Counted from the first letter of the stretch, positions 7,968-19,694 are shown. The stretch is DNA of 64,000 bases from Methanobacteriota archaeon (GCA_011523185.1 WTHI01000135.1:8564-72563); one strand, 5' to 3'. Notes: generated by a model not told the origin, from the letters alone. Made by a program: numbers and translations.

Positions 7968-10900
7968 ATGAGCATGCAGAGTCCGAGTTTCGAACCCTCT
8001 AGGAAGCGGAAAGCGTTCCTGGCAGTAGTCTGTTTGTTACTACTTTCGGTATCTCCTATGCTCATGATTAATCCAAATCATGACCGAAAATTGGACGATT
8101 TAGAGAATGATTCCTCATTCACAGGAACTGTAGAGCCTTGGATAGATGGAGGGCAGCCTTGGCCGCAGCCTGGAAGAATATCTCAAAGAACATCCGAAGG
8201 GCCTCTCCATTCCCCAACCGGTGGAGCAGGGACTGATTCCCCGAGTAATGCAACCGAATTATCCTCTATTGTCGACCCAGTGATCAATTGGGAATATGGC
8301 ACCTATTCGATAGGCACGGACGCACTCGGAACCCCAGTCGGAGATTTTAGTCAACAAATTGTCACTGATGAGGCAGCCATGGAAAGATGTGGAGGAGATT
8401 CCCTATTCATTGTGCTAATCCAAACCGAAGTAGTCGGGGGTAACGATCACAGTGTTGTGAAAATTATCGAAGGCGAAGATGCTGATTTGGCTTGGGAGGT
8501 AGATTTGGGAGCCACCGAGATAATCAAGGCTTCACCAGTTATTGTAGACCTTGATGATGATGGAATGCAAGAAGTCATAATTGTCTACGACGCAGGTAGT
8601 GCTCTGTATGTTGATGCTTACTCTCCTAGACTTCATTGCTCAGTAACAGGTTGGTCGCCGGGGGGCTCAAAAAGCGGAGAGTTGCTTTGGAGTTATACTG
8701 ACGATAACCTGCAGATAGGAAGTACAAATGGACCCTATACCTCTTCTTGGTTAGGTGGGCATAGACCCACAACTCAACCCTTGCTCGCTGATCTTGATTT
8801 GGACGGAGACGCTGAATTGGTCCTTGCGGTTATCGACGATAACGAAAACCCCGTAGTCTTAGCACTGCCTCTTGGAGCAAATGGAGTGCCTACCCCAATA
8901 TGGCAATCTACGTTAGAGGATGGAAGCCATCCCTCCGATCCATCATTTGCTCAAGTTGATGATCAAACTGCCTATGTTTTACTCACAACCACTGAAGCTT
9001 CCAGTGGAGCGATGTGGGTTTGGAAATTAAATTCTGTATCGGGGGACCAACTATGGTCTCTTAGTCTGTCAAATTTAGATGGCGATTCTGATGTGCCTCA
9101 CATTAGACTCCCAGGGCCGGTAATTGCTAACTTAGATTCTGATTCCACACCTGAAATGATAATTTCAATACCAACCGATGCAGATGGTTCAAGCAGTGTC
9201 GATGGTGCAGAATTTAGAGGGCTAGAGATTGATGATGGATCTGAAATTTGGTCATTTGAGGCTGTAAATGGATACGCTGATGCCCCACCAATAGCAATAG
9301 ATACAGACAATGATAGTGTCATCGATAGAGTTTGCTGGGTAACTTGGTATCAGGAGACTACTGCAAGGCATGGGCATGCAGGCTGCCACGATGTATCAGG
9401 GAATAATCCTCAAATTGAATGGTACAATGACTTAGAGCAATCTAGCGGCTCCCCTAATGACGAAATTGCTGTTGCACAACCAGTCTGGATGGATATTGAT
9501 GGTAGTGGCGCGCCGGAATTGTTAGTGGCATATGGAAGAACTCTTTGGGCTTGGGATGGAGATACTGGGACTCAAGCCGCAATTAACGATAATTGGAACA
9601 ATGAGGTCGAAGTTGACCACAGAACTTGGTCATCTCCAGCCTTAGCAGATCTTGATGGAGATGCAACTTTGGATATAGTTCTGGGTGATACAGTAATCTC
9701 TACGGCTCTTGCCGACGTTAGGCCATTACTAGATGGGCGTGCAATAGAATTCAATCCAAGTGCACCTAATCCTAACGAAGAAGTCACGATTACAGCCTTC
9801 TTTGAAAATGCAGGAACCATTGAAATTGATGAGGCTGTAGACGCAGTCCTATACGCTGATGGAACAGAGATAGCACGCCATCGTGCTAGCAGCTTAGAAC
9901 CGACTGACCCCACTGGTTCAGCAGGGTTCGAATCCTTCTCTGTCGAATGGTCAGGTGGACTTGGAGAATATAATTTCGAATTGGTACTCGACCCATACCA
10001 AAATGTAACTCAATCTCGTTATGACAATGATGCACAATCGACCACTTTGACGATTGTGCCACCTTACAATGCTACATTTGAGATGCCTACGAATCCTGTT
10101 AGAGTTAATCCAGGAGAATCAACCATTGGTCAACCAACTGTTCGCTCAACTGGCCGTCTAGCCGGTGTTTGGAGTATGAACGTCGACGCTAGTAATTTGC
10201 CACAAGGGTGGACCTGGAGTGATGAAACACCAGGAGGAATTACGTCCATTCAAATTTCTGCAGATGGAACTTGGACTCCCTCTCTTAGGATTAACGCGCC
10301 AATAAATGCAGATGGTTCTGATGCAGGATATCTTTCGCTAACTCTTACCCTAGACGAAGATCAGAATGTTAGCGTTAGCGGAGTTTTACCAGTCGAGGCA
10401 AACCGTACACGTGGGTTGTCGATTAGAGGACCGGCGGGGACTACCGCTAGTAGCGGCTATGGTCTAATTGGAGATTCTGCTAAAGCATGGTTGGTCGTAG
10501 AAAATCTCGGGAACGCTGATGAAAATTCAATATCTATGTTCTGGGATAGTACATCTTGGGATTCTGCTGAAAATAGCTTAACCTTACACGATGAAATTGG
10601 AAATGAAATACCCGCATTAACTCTGTCTGCTGGAGAAGAAAAAATCATCTCTGCGAGACTAAATGTACCAACAGATGCATCGCTAGGAGATAGCGTTACT
10701 ACCCCGCTTACCATGTGTGTTGGGAGCGGAGAAGAGGAAACCTGTCAAACCGTGCAATTACAATTCATCGCTACAAGTGTTGTAACCGAAACCAATCACC
10801 AGAGGAGCATGCCTGAGAATACATTGCAATGGAATGTTATTGCAGACCTTCCAGCCTCTTCTGGAGTTTTAGATTGGAAAATTAGTGACGCTGGAATGGG

Positions 10901-13646
10901 AATAGAAGATTGGATTTGGTCGGGTTCCGGTTCATTATCGATAAGTGGAGATGATATTACGATGCAAGGAATTCCTGGTTCAAGAGTAAGTGGCATATTG
11001 TCTGTAGAACTTCCTGTCGATGCTCCCCCTGCTTTCCATTCATTCACAGATTCTAGTAGCCTTGGTTCGGATTATTCGCTTCGATTATCGGTTGAGGTCA
11101 TGCAAATTTACAGGACTTCTCTTACATTGGTATCACCTACAGAATCACCTCATTTAGTAGAAGTAGAGGAATCTATACCAGCAACGGTTCGGTTGTATAA
11201 TCCAGGAAATGGTGAAGATACCTACGTCATGTCTCACGCAGTAATATTGGATGACTATCTTACAGAAGACCCTGGTATATCAGTCACCTTCAGTAACTCA
11301 AGAGTGACCCTAAGCGCGGGAAGTTTGAGGACTCTTCCAGTTGAGATTATTTTACCAGATACAACCCCTGCAAGAACTCCGGTTAGTATTGAGTTATTCA
11401 TGACCTCTGAAGGAAATACAACAATATCAGATTCGGTCATCCTGACGCTTGAAGCAAGACAAGATCATCGTTGGGATGTAGTACTTTATTCAGCACTTGG
11501 CGATGTTGAGGACAATACATTTGCAATTAGCCCCGGTGATTCCTTTGCCGTCGAAATTTATGCAACGAATATTGGAAATCTTGACGACGACCTTTCTGTA
11601 TCCGCTTTAGGTCTGCTCAATCACCAGGGTGCCGATTCGGTAACCGATTGGAACATCTTTGGCGATAATGTATCATCAGTTCCGGTAAACAGTTCCACAA
11701 CACTATATTTGGTAGTGGAAGTACCTCTTGGTGCTTGGAATGGAACAACCTACCAAGTTAGTGCTTCAATAGTAGCATTTGAAGTCGAAATTCATACCTT
11801 TACATTCACAATAGAAGTTTCCCACGTAGCGGGTTGGAATGCCATAGCAACTAATGCGGATTTGGAGATTGACCCCTCTGGGTCTACGGTTTCACTAACT
11901 ATTGTCCAGGAAGGAAATTCGCCAACTCGCCCATACGTAAGCGTACAGGTGGACGGAGAAATTGGATGGGAGGTTGATACACCAGATGAATTACCAATCT
12001 TAGACCCAGGAAGTACAGCTACTCTAGATTTACAAATCACCCCACCCTCTACTGCTAGGCACGGAAGAACCGTTGAGTTATTGGTTAGATTAAGGGAAGG
12101 AGATGGAAGCAGTGAGGCTACCATTACATTGCCGCTTAGAGTTGCAGAGATTCATGAATTCAGCCTTCAAGGTAGTGGGAATTGGATTGTTTCAGACAAT
12201 GGAGGGTATCCCCATGCAGAATTACATAATCAGGGCAATGCGCCTACAACAATTTCACTTGAGGTACTTAGCCTACCTCAAGGTTGGCTAGTTTCAGGGC
12301 CTACTCAGGTGGTTATTGGAGTGGGAGAAATCACAGGAGTTCCATTAGAGGTAATTCCATCCTCAGATTGGGAGGGGGAATCTAGAACCATCAGAATCTT
12401 GGCACAAGATGAAGCAGGTAATCAAAGGGAAATTTCTCTCGATACTCAATACGAAGATCATTCATGGGCATCTTCACCTGTGATTGTATCAATGCAAGGA
12501 GACAGTGTTCTACTAGACATACACGGAACTTCACCTGATTCCTCGGTTGTTGATGATGTTCAGTCAAATCTACAATGGGATTTGCAAGGTGGTTGGGCGT
12601 GGCAAGCCAACACAGCAACTAGTGGCACTCAAGTTACTGTGGATTCGAACACAGTCTTACCATACACAGCATATGTCATCGAACCTGCGCTTAGGTATGC
12701 AACCTGCTCGATAACAGGATCTGTAGACTCAGTGAGGGCAGAATGTACAGTTGCCAATGGAACCCAACCATTCAGCTATACTGTAATCCTAATCGACGAT
12801 GAAGGAAAAATGTTAGACTCAACTGAAGGTAATTTGGATGCAAACACAACTTCTGGTCAAGTTAACCTAAGTGCTAATTCATGGGACCCGCAGCCGGGAA
12901 TGAGGAGTCTGGTTATTCGGTTATTAGATGAAAGAGGAATTGTTATTGCGTCTGATGAGACTGAATTTGAAATTCGTCGAAATGATTGGAATATTGGTTT
13001 GGTTGCTCTTGAACTTGATGGGCAAGGTGATACTCAAAAAATCAAGGTATTGACAAAGAGAGAGTATCACCACCTACTGACTGATGCCGATTGTAGCATT
13101 TTAGTAATCGCAGGCAGCCATACAGCCACCCATGAAATCGATTTCTCAGGAACTTATCCCCCAGAACCAAAGTTGGACCGCCCATCTTTGGATGATGCAC
13201 CAGATGGTACGGAAATCATTGTGACGGTGCAATGCAAATTCCCTTGGGATGTTGATTCCGATCCAACCGACAATGAAGCAAAATTGATTCTTTCTGGTGG
13301 TTCTGTAAATAATGATTCAGGCTTTGAATGGTTTACGGCAATTGGCTCGGCCATTCTTGTAATATCATTGGCACTTACTCTGACATGGATCCTTTACAAT
13401 CAACGCGAAAGGAAGAAATTATTGGATATGACTGAGTCCATTCTTAGCAAGAAAAAGCAGGAAACTAAGCTTCCAAAACCACCTGTGCCCTCTGAGAATT
13501 TGGTCGAGGAAAATATTCAAGAAAATACAATAATTGAAAATGAGGAGAATATCAACAATCAAATCGTAGAGGATACTCCAGAAGTCGTTGAACGACAATT
13601 AGACGACTTTGAGAGCAGGTTGAAGCGTTTGACCGGCGACGACTAA
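7968..13646 (+). CDS. Giant (1892 aa) secreted surface protein: signal peptide, FG-GAP-like beta-propeller repeats, CARDB-like domain(s), Ig-like arrays, C-terminal TM anchor and charged cytoplasmic tail
   Basis: N-terminal RKRKAFLAVVCLLLLSV signal. Repeated D(L/I)D(G/D)DG..E(L/V) motifs of FG-GAP type. APNPNEEVTITAFFENAGT is a CARDB-type motif. C-terminal TM FTAIGSAILVISLALTLTWILY is followed by NQRERKK and an about 100-aa Glu/Asn-rich tail. Confidence 0.75.
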   Translation: MSMQSPSFEPSRKRKAFLAVVCLLLLSVSPMLMINPNHDRKLDDLENDSSFTGTVEPWIDGGQPWPQPGRISQRTSEGPLHSPTGGAGTDSPSNATELSSIVDPVINWEYGTYSIGTDALGTPVGDFSQQIVTDEAAMERCGGDSLFIVLIQTEVVGGNDHSVVKIIEGEDADLAWEVDLGATEIIKASPVIVDLDDDGMQEVIIVYDAGSALYVDAYSPRLHCSVTGWSPGGSKSGELLWSYTDDNLQIGSTNGPYTSSWLGGHRPTTQPLLADLDLDGDAELVLAVIDDNENPVVLALPLGANGVPTPIWQSTLEDGSHPSDPSFAQVDDQTAYVLLTTTEASSGAMWVWKLNSVSGDQLWSLSLSNLDGDSDVPHIRLPGPVIANLDSDSTPEMIISIPTDADGSSSVDGAEFRGLEIDDGSEIWSFEAVNGYADAPPIAIDTDNDSVIDRVCWVTWYQETTARHGHAGCHDVSGNNPQIEWYNDLEQSSGSPNDEIAVAQPVWMDIDGSGAPELLVAYGRTLWAWDGDTGTQAAINDNWNNEVEVDHRTWSSPALADLDGDATLDIVLGDTVISTALADVRPLLDGRAIEFNPSAPNPNEEVTITAFFENAGTIEIDEAVDAVLYADGTEIARHRASSLEPTDPTGSAGFESFSVEWSGGLGEYNFELVLDPYQNVTQSRYDNDAQSTTLTIVPPYNATFEMPTNPVRVNPGESTIGQPTVRSTGRLAGVWSMNVDASNLPQGWTWSDETPGGITSIQISADGTWTPSLRINAPINADGSDAGYLSLTLTLDEDQNVSVSGVLPVEANRTRGLSIRGPAGTTASSGYGLIGDSAKAWLVVENLGNADENSISMFWDSTSWDSAENSLTLHDEIGNEIPALTLSAGEEKIISARLNVPTDASLGDSVTTPLTMCVGSGEEETCQTVQLQFIATSVVTETNHQRSMPENTLQWNVIADLPASSGVLDWKISDAGMGIEDWIWSGSGSLSISGDDITMQGIPGSRVSGILSVELPVDAPPAFHSFTDSSSLGSDYSLRLSVEVMQIYRTSLTLVSPTESPHLVEVEESIPATVRLYNPGNGEDTYVMSHAVILDDYLTEDPGISVTFSNSRVTLSAGSLRTLPVEIILPDTTPARTPVSIELFMTSEGNTTISDSVILTLEARQDHRWDVVLYSALGDVEDNTFAISPGDSFAVEIYATNIGNLDDDLSVSALGLLNHQGADSVTDWNIFGDNVSSVPVNSSTTLYLVVEVPLGAWNGTTYQVSASIVAFEVEIHTFTFTIEVSHVAGWNAIATNADLEIDPSGSTVSLTIVQEGNSPTRPYVSVQVDGEIGWEVDTPDELPILDPGSTATLDLQITPPSTARHGRTVELLVRLREGDGSSEATITLPLRVAEIHEFSLQGSGNWIVSDNGGYPHAELHNQGNAPTTISLEVLSLPQGWLVSGPTQVVIGVGEITGVPLEVIPSSDWEGESRTIRILAQDEAGNQREISLDTQYEDHSWASSPVIVSMQGDSVLLDIHGTSPDSSVVDDVQSNLQWDLQGGWAWQANTATSGTQVTVDSNTVLPYTAYVIEPALRYATCSITGSVDSVRAECTVANGTQPFSYTVILIDDEGKMLDSTEGNLDANTTSGQVNLSANSWDPQPGMRSLVIRLLDERGIVIASDETEFEIRRNDWNIGLVALELDGQGDTQKIKVLTKREYHHLLTDADCSILVIAGSHTATHEIDFSGTYPPEPKLDRPSLDDAPDGTEIIVTVQCKFPWDVDSDPTDNEAKLILSGGSVNNDSGFEWFTAIGSAILVISLALTLTWILYNQRERKKLLDMTESILSKKKQETKLPKPPVPSENLVEENIQENTIIENEENINNQIVEDTPEVVERQLDDFESRLKRLTGDD
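8500..9700 (+). repeat. Coding tandem repeats of FG-GAP/integrin-alpha type (DxDxDG) inside the 1892-aa protein
   Basis: Motifs DLDDDGMQEV, DLDLDGDAEL, NLDSDSTPEM, DIDGSGAPEL and DLDGDATLDI at roughly regular spacing. Confidence 0.55.
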
Positions 13647-13660
13647 ACACAGGTGCTAGA

Positions 13661-14284
13661 ATGAACCGCTACATCCCTCCTAGTCCATTCTATACTTTCG
13701 AGCCTTTACGGCATGACCCGCTAGAATTGATCCCTTCAATTCAATCCTCACAAGGAGGCGACCATACAGAAATAAAATCGTTAGAAGCGATCCCCTCATC
13801 AATTCTTGAATTAGAGGAGGGAGAAAATCCAATCATGGATCCTGCAATGATGCTATTCCTGTGTTCAGTCGCTTGGAAAGGCGACGGAGGAATGCCAGAA
13901 CCATTAGACAAAGGAGTTAGTAGAGAAAGAATCGGAAGATTCCCGATCGAAGGAGGTAATGCGATAGAATATCTACTAAATCATACAATTGAAAAGAGTG
14001 AGGATGGCCTTCATGAATTGCTTGCAAAACTAACTCTTGGCCTAGATGAAGAATTTCTTGGAGAAGGAGGATTTTCTTCTGGCATGGGCGGTTTGGAATT
14101 ATGCGGCTGGCTTGATTCAAGAGATGTGACTAATCTCCGTCGAGCAATCCAAAAAGGCAAATGGGCAGTTGACCCAAGTGAACCTTTAGACGGTGGAGTT
14201 GCCGATGCTTTTCGACATCTAACTATCATTTTACGCGGAGCAGAAAAAAGAAAGTGCGGTATTCTGATGAGGAAACATTCCTAA
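13661..14284 (+). CDS. Hypothetical cytoplasmic protein, co-transcribed downstream of the 1892-aa surface protein (15-nt spacer)
   Basis: 207-aa ORF with protein-like composition, no signal peptide and no recognisable motif. It lies tightly behind the giant gene. Confidence 0.45.
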   Translation: MNRYIPPSPFYTFEPLRHDPLELIPSIQSSQGGDHTEIKSLEAIPSSILELEEGENPIMDPAMMLFLCSVAWKGDGGMPEPLDKGVSRERIGRFPIEGGNAIEYLLNHTIEKSEDGLHELLAKLTLGLDEEFLGEGGFSSGMGGLELCGWLDSRDVTNLRRAIQKGKWAVDPSEPLDGGVADAFRHLTIILRGAEKRKCGILMRKHS

Positions 14285-14286
14285 AA

Positions 14287-15198
14287 CTAGAATTCTTGAC
14301 CAGTTAATCTTTCAAACATATCTGCATAAAGAGTTGAGGTTTGATCAATAATTGATTGTGGTAAAGCAGGAATTGGTGGCTCTTCAGTTCCTGCCTCTCT
14401 CGCCGCGTAAAGTTCAGAGTGATGACCGGTCTCTAGGTAATGACCTCTGACAAATTCTTTCGAAAGTTGCACAATCTCTCCCTTGTCATATGCTTCAGCA
14501 TCCCACCATCTGTCTTCATCTAAGGTTCCGAATGAATCCACCAAGACCGGAACTCTGCCTTCTCCTAAGGCGAATTCTTTCTTTCCATCGACATGGATTA
14601 ATCCACGCTTTGCGGCCTCGCTCTCGATTATTTCGTCAACCTTGACAACAATTTCGAGAATCGAATCAAATTCCTCGTCGGTAAGATTGGAGATTTCCAA
14701 TGCCTCCGCTCTATCGAGTAATCTATCGAATTTTTCGAATTTGGTCGATACCTCAAGGTATGGCTTTGGAAGTTTTACTCCTTCCTCTAGTATGGTTCCA
14801 GGTTCAAATCCAAATTCTTCAGCAGGGGCGTCGCCCCTTGCATATCTTCTCCAACCGCTACCTGCAAGATAATGTCGACAAATCACTTCCAATGGTACGA
14901 AGACATTTTCTTGGTCTCTCGATATTGCACCAGGCTCACGAATAACATCGAATCTTCGCGCTAACACTCTATCGGGTGCATTCATTTCGATAACATGGGT
15001 GTCACAAATTCCTGCTTCTTCAACAAGTTTGAACCAGTGACAAGAGGTTCTGTTTAATGACTCACCCTTTCGAGGAATTAGGCTAGGAATAATTTGGTCG
15101 AAAACGCTAATTTGGTCAGTATACCTAAATTCGATTATATCCGGATTATCTGTACTCCAAACTTGCTTCACCTTACCGTGGTAAATCATCTCGCCCAT
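14287..15198 (-). CDS. purC: Phosphoribosylaminoimidazole-succinocarboxamide (SAICAR) synthase
   Basis: N-terminus MGEMIYHGKVKQVWSTDNPD parallels E. coli PurC (ELYRGKAKTVYSTENPD). The motif ISVFDQ is present. The longest ORF extends to 15222, so the start is uncertain by 8-11 codons. Confidence 0.8.
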   Translation of the reverse strand: MGEMIYHGKVKQVWSTDNPDIIEFRYTDQISVFDQIIPSLIPRKGESLNRTSCHWFKLVEEAGICDTHVIEMNAPDRVLARRFDVIREPGAISRDQENVFVPLEVICRHYLAGSGWRRYARGDAPAEEFGFEPGTILEEGVKLPKPYLEVSTKFEKFDRLLDRAEALEISNLTDEEFDSILEIVVKVDEIIESEAAKRGLIHVDGKKEFALGEGRVPVLVDSFGTLDEDRWWDAEAYDKGEIVQLSKEFVRGHYLETGHHSELYAAREAGTEEPPIPALPQSIIDQTSTLYADMFERLTGQEF

Positions 15199-15327
15199 AC
15201 AACAAGGGCCATTGAAAGACAACCTTGAACATTGCTAATACTAATGCTCTTAATTTTTGATGATACTAAAATAAATCACCATGTAATACGGGTCGATTCT
15301 ATATTCTAACTTCTGTGTGCTCAATTT

Positions 15328-17376
15328 GTGAATAGAGCCTCTCCGGGTATCGAGAGAATTTTCTCTTGGTCGTCAATTGACTCTAAGTCTAGGGTTGTAA
15401 TTCTAGTCTCTATATTGTTAATTTGTTCAATCCCCCATTCGAGCGGACAAGAGACAATTACCGGATGGAACGAAGCCGAAAGTTGGACGGACCAGGACCT
15501 AAATGCGGCAGTTATCCATGGAGAACGAGTCTGGGTATTCGGAGATTCTGGAATCGTAAGATTTAGCGAAGACTCCGGTGCAACGTGGCAAAATCATACT
15601 AATTTAGGAGATGTTGATTTAATCTCAGCAGATTCGTATGAGAACTCAATGGCTGTATTGTCTTCTGATGGGGTAATCTACATGAAAGATGGTTTAGAAT
15701 CAGAATGGATTACTATAGACTCTAACCAAACGGGAATGAAGAGTATCGCATTAGCAGGAGAAGATTCCCTGATAATTGTAGGAAATGCAGGATTAATCTG
15801 GCAATACACTGATCAGACTTGGTGGAATAGGACAACAAGTTTCACTGAAAACCTGCACGATGTTGACTTCAACGGTGCTGAAGACGGATTGGTGGTTGGT
15901 AATGCAGGTACCATTCTCGCTACAGATGATGGAGGCACAACATGGGATTACAGAGAGGCTCCAGACCCTGAATCTTCAATCGTTTCTGTATCTTACTTCA
16001 ATCCTTACCGCATGTTCGCAGTAAGTGATTCAGGGCAGATCATATATTCAACATCCCCTGGTGGTTTTGAGTGGCAATTAAGAGAAATTGAATCCGCTGG
16101 ATACAATACAACACTCGCGACTAACCTTTCTTCCATTGATGTGGTCTCATCCTCAAGAATTCTATTCACTGGACCTGATGGATATCTAGGGCTAAGTCTT
16201 GACCAAGGCTTGAATGTTGAAAGAAATATACTACCTTCAGGAGTAAATACCTCGTTTAACGACCATGCAATGTTCGACTACGTAGTAGGCATAGTTGTCG
16301 GTGATTCGGGTGTCATCCTGTTTACTGATAGAGCAGGGGAAAACGAAGATATTGGTTTCCAAATACCCGATTACAATAATTTTGGAGAGTTCGTTGAATA
16401 TGCAGATGATATGTTATTAGCTGGATTTATTGCAACAGTAAAGATTGTGATATTCGGAATTTTATTTGGATTCGTAATCGGCTTGTTACTAGCGATGTTG
16501 AAAACAGCCCCTACATCTTTCAAAAATATACTAGAGCGATTTTCTACAACCCAAATCAAAGGACTTGGAGCAATTTGTTCGGTATTTGCATTATGGTTAA
16601 TCTACTCTGGTCTCAGAAGGTTTCCTGATTTACAATTGAATGGAATAGAGTACATTTTCACTCCTGTAGGAGACCCTAGAGGATTTGCAATGTTTGGCCT
16701 TGGAATTGCGATTTTTGTTATTTCAATCCAATTTATTTTGGCTGATGAAAAATTGACTGGACCTTTGTTCAGAGTTAGACCATTGAATTCCTTAGCAACC
16801 GTCTACACAGATTTCTTTCGAAATACGCCACTAATTGTACAATTTATGTTCATTCACTTCGGGCTCAGGTTAGGCATGAGGATTCAACAAGTTATGGAAG
16901 GTACATTTGGCGATCCAGGCATTGATGGAATTGACTACTTCTTCTATGGTGACCGCACCTTCCTTAGTGCTATTTTCACTCTCGGGCTTAATTCAGGAGC
17001 ATACCAATGTGAAACAATTCGAGGGGCGATAGCTGCGATCCCATCTGGTCAAATGGAAGCAGGAAGAAGTATCGGATTGACCTATATGGGGACAATGAAA
17101 TTAGTAATAATACCACAAGCAATTCGAATTTGTATCCCACCAATCGGTAACGAAATGGTGAACTTAGTATTGAATTCATCACTGGCGATGGTTATTGGTT
17201 ATTCTGAACTTTCAAGACAAGGAAGACTGATGATTGCGACCACTTTCCAAATATTTTCGGCGTGGGGATTGGTTATGATATCTTATTTTGTTGTAACTTG
17301 GACTCTTGCCTTACTTCTTCGAAGATTAGAGGAGAAAACAAAAATCCCTGGTTTAGGAATTTCAGGAGGTGCTTGA
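15328..17376 (+). CDS. Fusion protein: secreted BNR/Asp-box (Ycf48-like) beta-propeller domain + polar-amino-acid ABC transporter permease (HisM/GlnP family)
   Basis: N-terminal signal/anchor, then repeated S-x-D-x-G-x-T-W Asp-box motifs (SEDSGATWQ, DDGGTTWDY, SPGGFEWQ) for about 340 aa. Permease motifs follow: RNTPLIVQFMFIHFGL and the EAA-region GLNSGAYQCETIRGAIAAIPSGQMEAGRSIGL. Confidence 0.7.
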   Translation: MNRASPGIERIFSWSSIDSKSRVVILVSILLICSIPHSSGQETITGWNEAESWTDQDLNAAVIHGERVWVFGDSGIVRFSEDSGATWQNHTNLGDVDLISADSYENSMAVLSSDGVIYMKDGLESEWITIDSNQTGMKSIALAGEDSLIIVGNAGLIWQYTDQTWWNRTTSFTENLHDVDFNGAEDGLVVGNAGTILATDDGGTTWDYREAPDPESSIVSVSYFNPYRMFAVSDSGQIIYSTSPGGFEWQLREIESAGYNTTLATNLSSIDVVSSSRILFTGPDGYLGLSLDQGLNVERNILPSGVNTSFNDHAMFDYVVGIVVGDSGVILFTDRAGENEDIGFQIPDYNNFGEFVEYADDMLLAGFIATVKIVIFGILFGFVIGLLLAMLKTAPTSFKNILERFSTTQIKGLGAICSVFALWLIYSGLRRFPDLQLNGIEYIFTPVGDPRGFAMFGLGIAIFVISIQFILADEKLTGPLFRVRPLNSLATVYTDFFRNTPLIVQFMFIHFGLRLGMRIQQVMEGTFGDPGIDGIDYFFYGDRTFLSAIFTLGLNSGAYQCETIRGAIAAIPSGQMEAGRSIGLTYMGTMKLVIIPQAIRICIPPIGNEMVNLVLNSSLAMVIGYSELSRQGRLMIATTFQIFSAWGLVMISYFVVTWTLALLLRRLEEKTKIPGLGISGGA

Positions 17377-18207
17377 ATGGAAGATGTAGTTCTTTCAATT
17401 CGTGATTTACACAAGATCTACCCTGGAGGCGTTCATGCAGTCAGAGGCGTGGACTTCGATGTTCATGAAGGAGAGTCAGTAGCGATAATTGGATCTTCGG
17501 GTTCTGGAAAATCTACTGTTCTTCGATGTATCAATAGATTGATTGAGCCCACTGATGGAGTAATTGAACTACGAGGTGAACAAATTAACACACCTAGTGC
17601 AAATGTAAACGAGGTAAGAAGTAGAATAGGAATGGTATTCCAGTCTTTCGAATTATTTTCTCATTTGAAAGTATTAGACAATGTAACTCTAGGTTTACGG
17701 CATGTTCGTGGAATGAGTAAATCTGAGGCAGAAGAAGTGGCTTTAGATGTACTAGAGAGAGTCGATATGCTTGAGAGAATAGATGCCTACCCTGGTAATT
17801 TATCAGGCGGACAAAAACAACGTGTTGCGATTGCTAGGGCGTTAGCAATGAAGCCAGAAGTCATCCTATTCGATGAACCTACAAGTGCATTGGACCCAGA
17901 GTTGATCGGTTCTGTTTTGCAGACTATTCGTGGCTTAGCTGACGAGGGGATGACGATGGTTATTGTCACTCACGAAATTAATTTCGCTAGGGATGTTGCC
18001 GACAGGATTGTCTATTTGGATCAGGGCAAGGTGGCTGAAGAAGGCCCATCTTCAATAATCAACCAGCCAAAGACTGAGCGTCTTCAGAGATTCCTTTCCT
18101 CTATGCATGAAGATAAAATTCCAGAGGGCATCGAAAATGAACTGGTAAGTACCCAAACAGACCATGGCTATATTCCGGATGGAACTGGTAATCGACCTAG
18201 GTCTTGA
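17377..18207 (+). CDS. ABC transporter ATP-binding protein (polar amino acid family, GlnQ-like)
   Basis: Walker A GSSGSGKST, signature LSGGQKQRVAIARALA and Walker B ILFDEPTSALDPE. Start is immediately after the permease stop. Confidence 0.85.
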   Translation: MEDVVLSIRDLHKIYPGGVHAVRGVDFDVHEGESVAIIGSSGSGKSTVLRCINRLIEPTDGVIELRGEQINTPSANVNEVRSRIGMVFQSFELFSHLKVLDNVTLGLRHVRGMSKSEAEEVALDVLERVDMLERIDAYPGNLSGGQKQRVAIARALAMKPEVILFDEPTSALDPELIGSVLQTIRGLADEGMTMVIVTHEINFARDVADRIVYLDQGKVAEEGPSSIINQPKTERLQRFLSSMHEDKIPEGIENELVSTQTDHGYIPDGTGNRPRS

Positions 18208-18212
18208 AGAGT

Positions 18213-19664
<1,452 letters not shown>

Positions 19665-19668
19665 TCAG

Positions 19669-19687
19669 ACTGCCCCGTAGGGGCAGT
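19669..19687. other. Perfect 8-bp GC-rich hairpin (actgcccc-gta-ggggcagt) in the HD-gene/gdhA spacer
   Basis: Direct reading of the sequence. It is not followed by an oligo-T tract on either strand. Confidence 0.3.
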
Positions 19688-19694
19688 TCTGAAA

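Noticed and set aside
7850-7975. Possible C/D-box sRNA (ATGAGA / CTGA / ATGAGA / CTGATGA boxes) in the rpoE-upstream spacer
   Set aside because: Boxes are degenerate (AUGAGA rather than RUGAUGA). Spacing between the putative C and D' boxes is about 55 nt, far beyond canonical archaeal guides. No k-turn-compatible terminal stem was evident.
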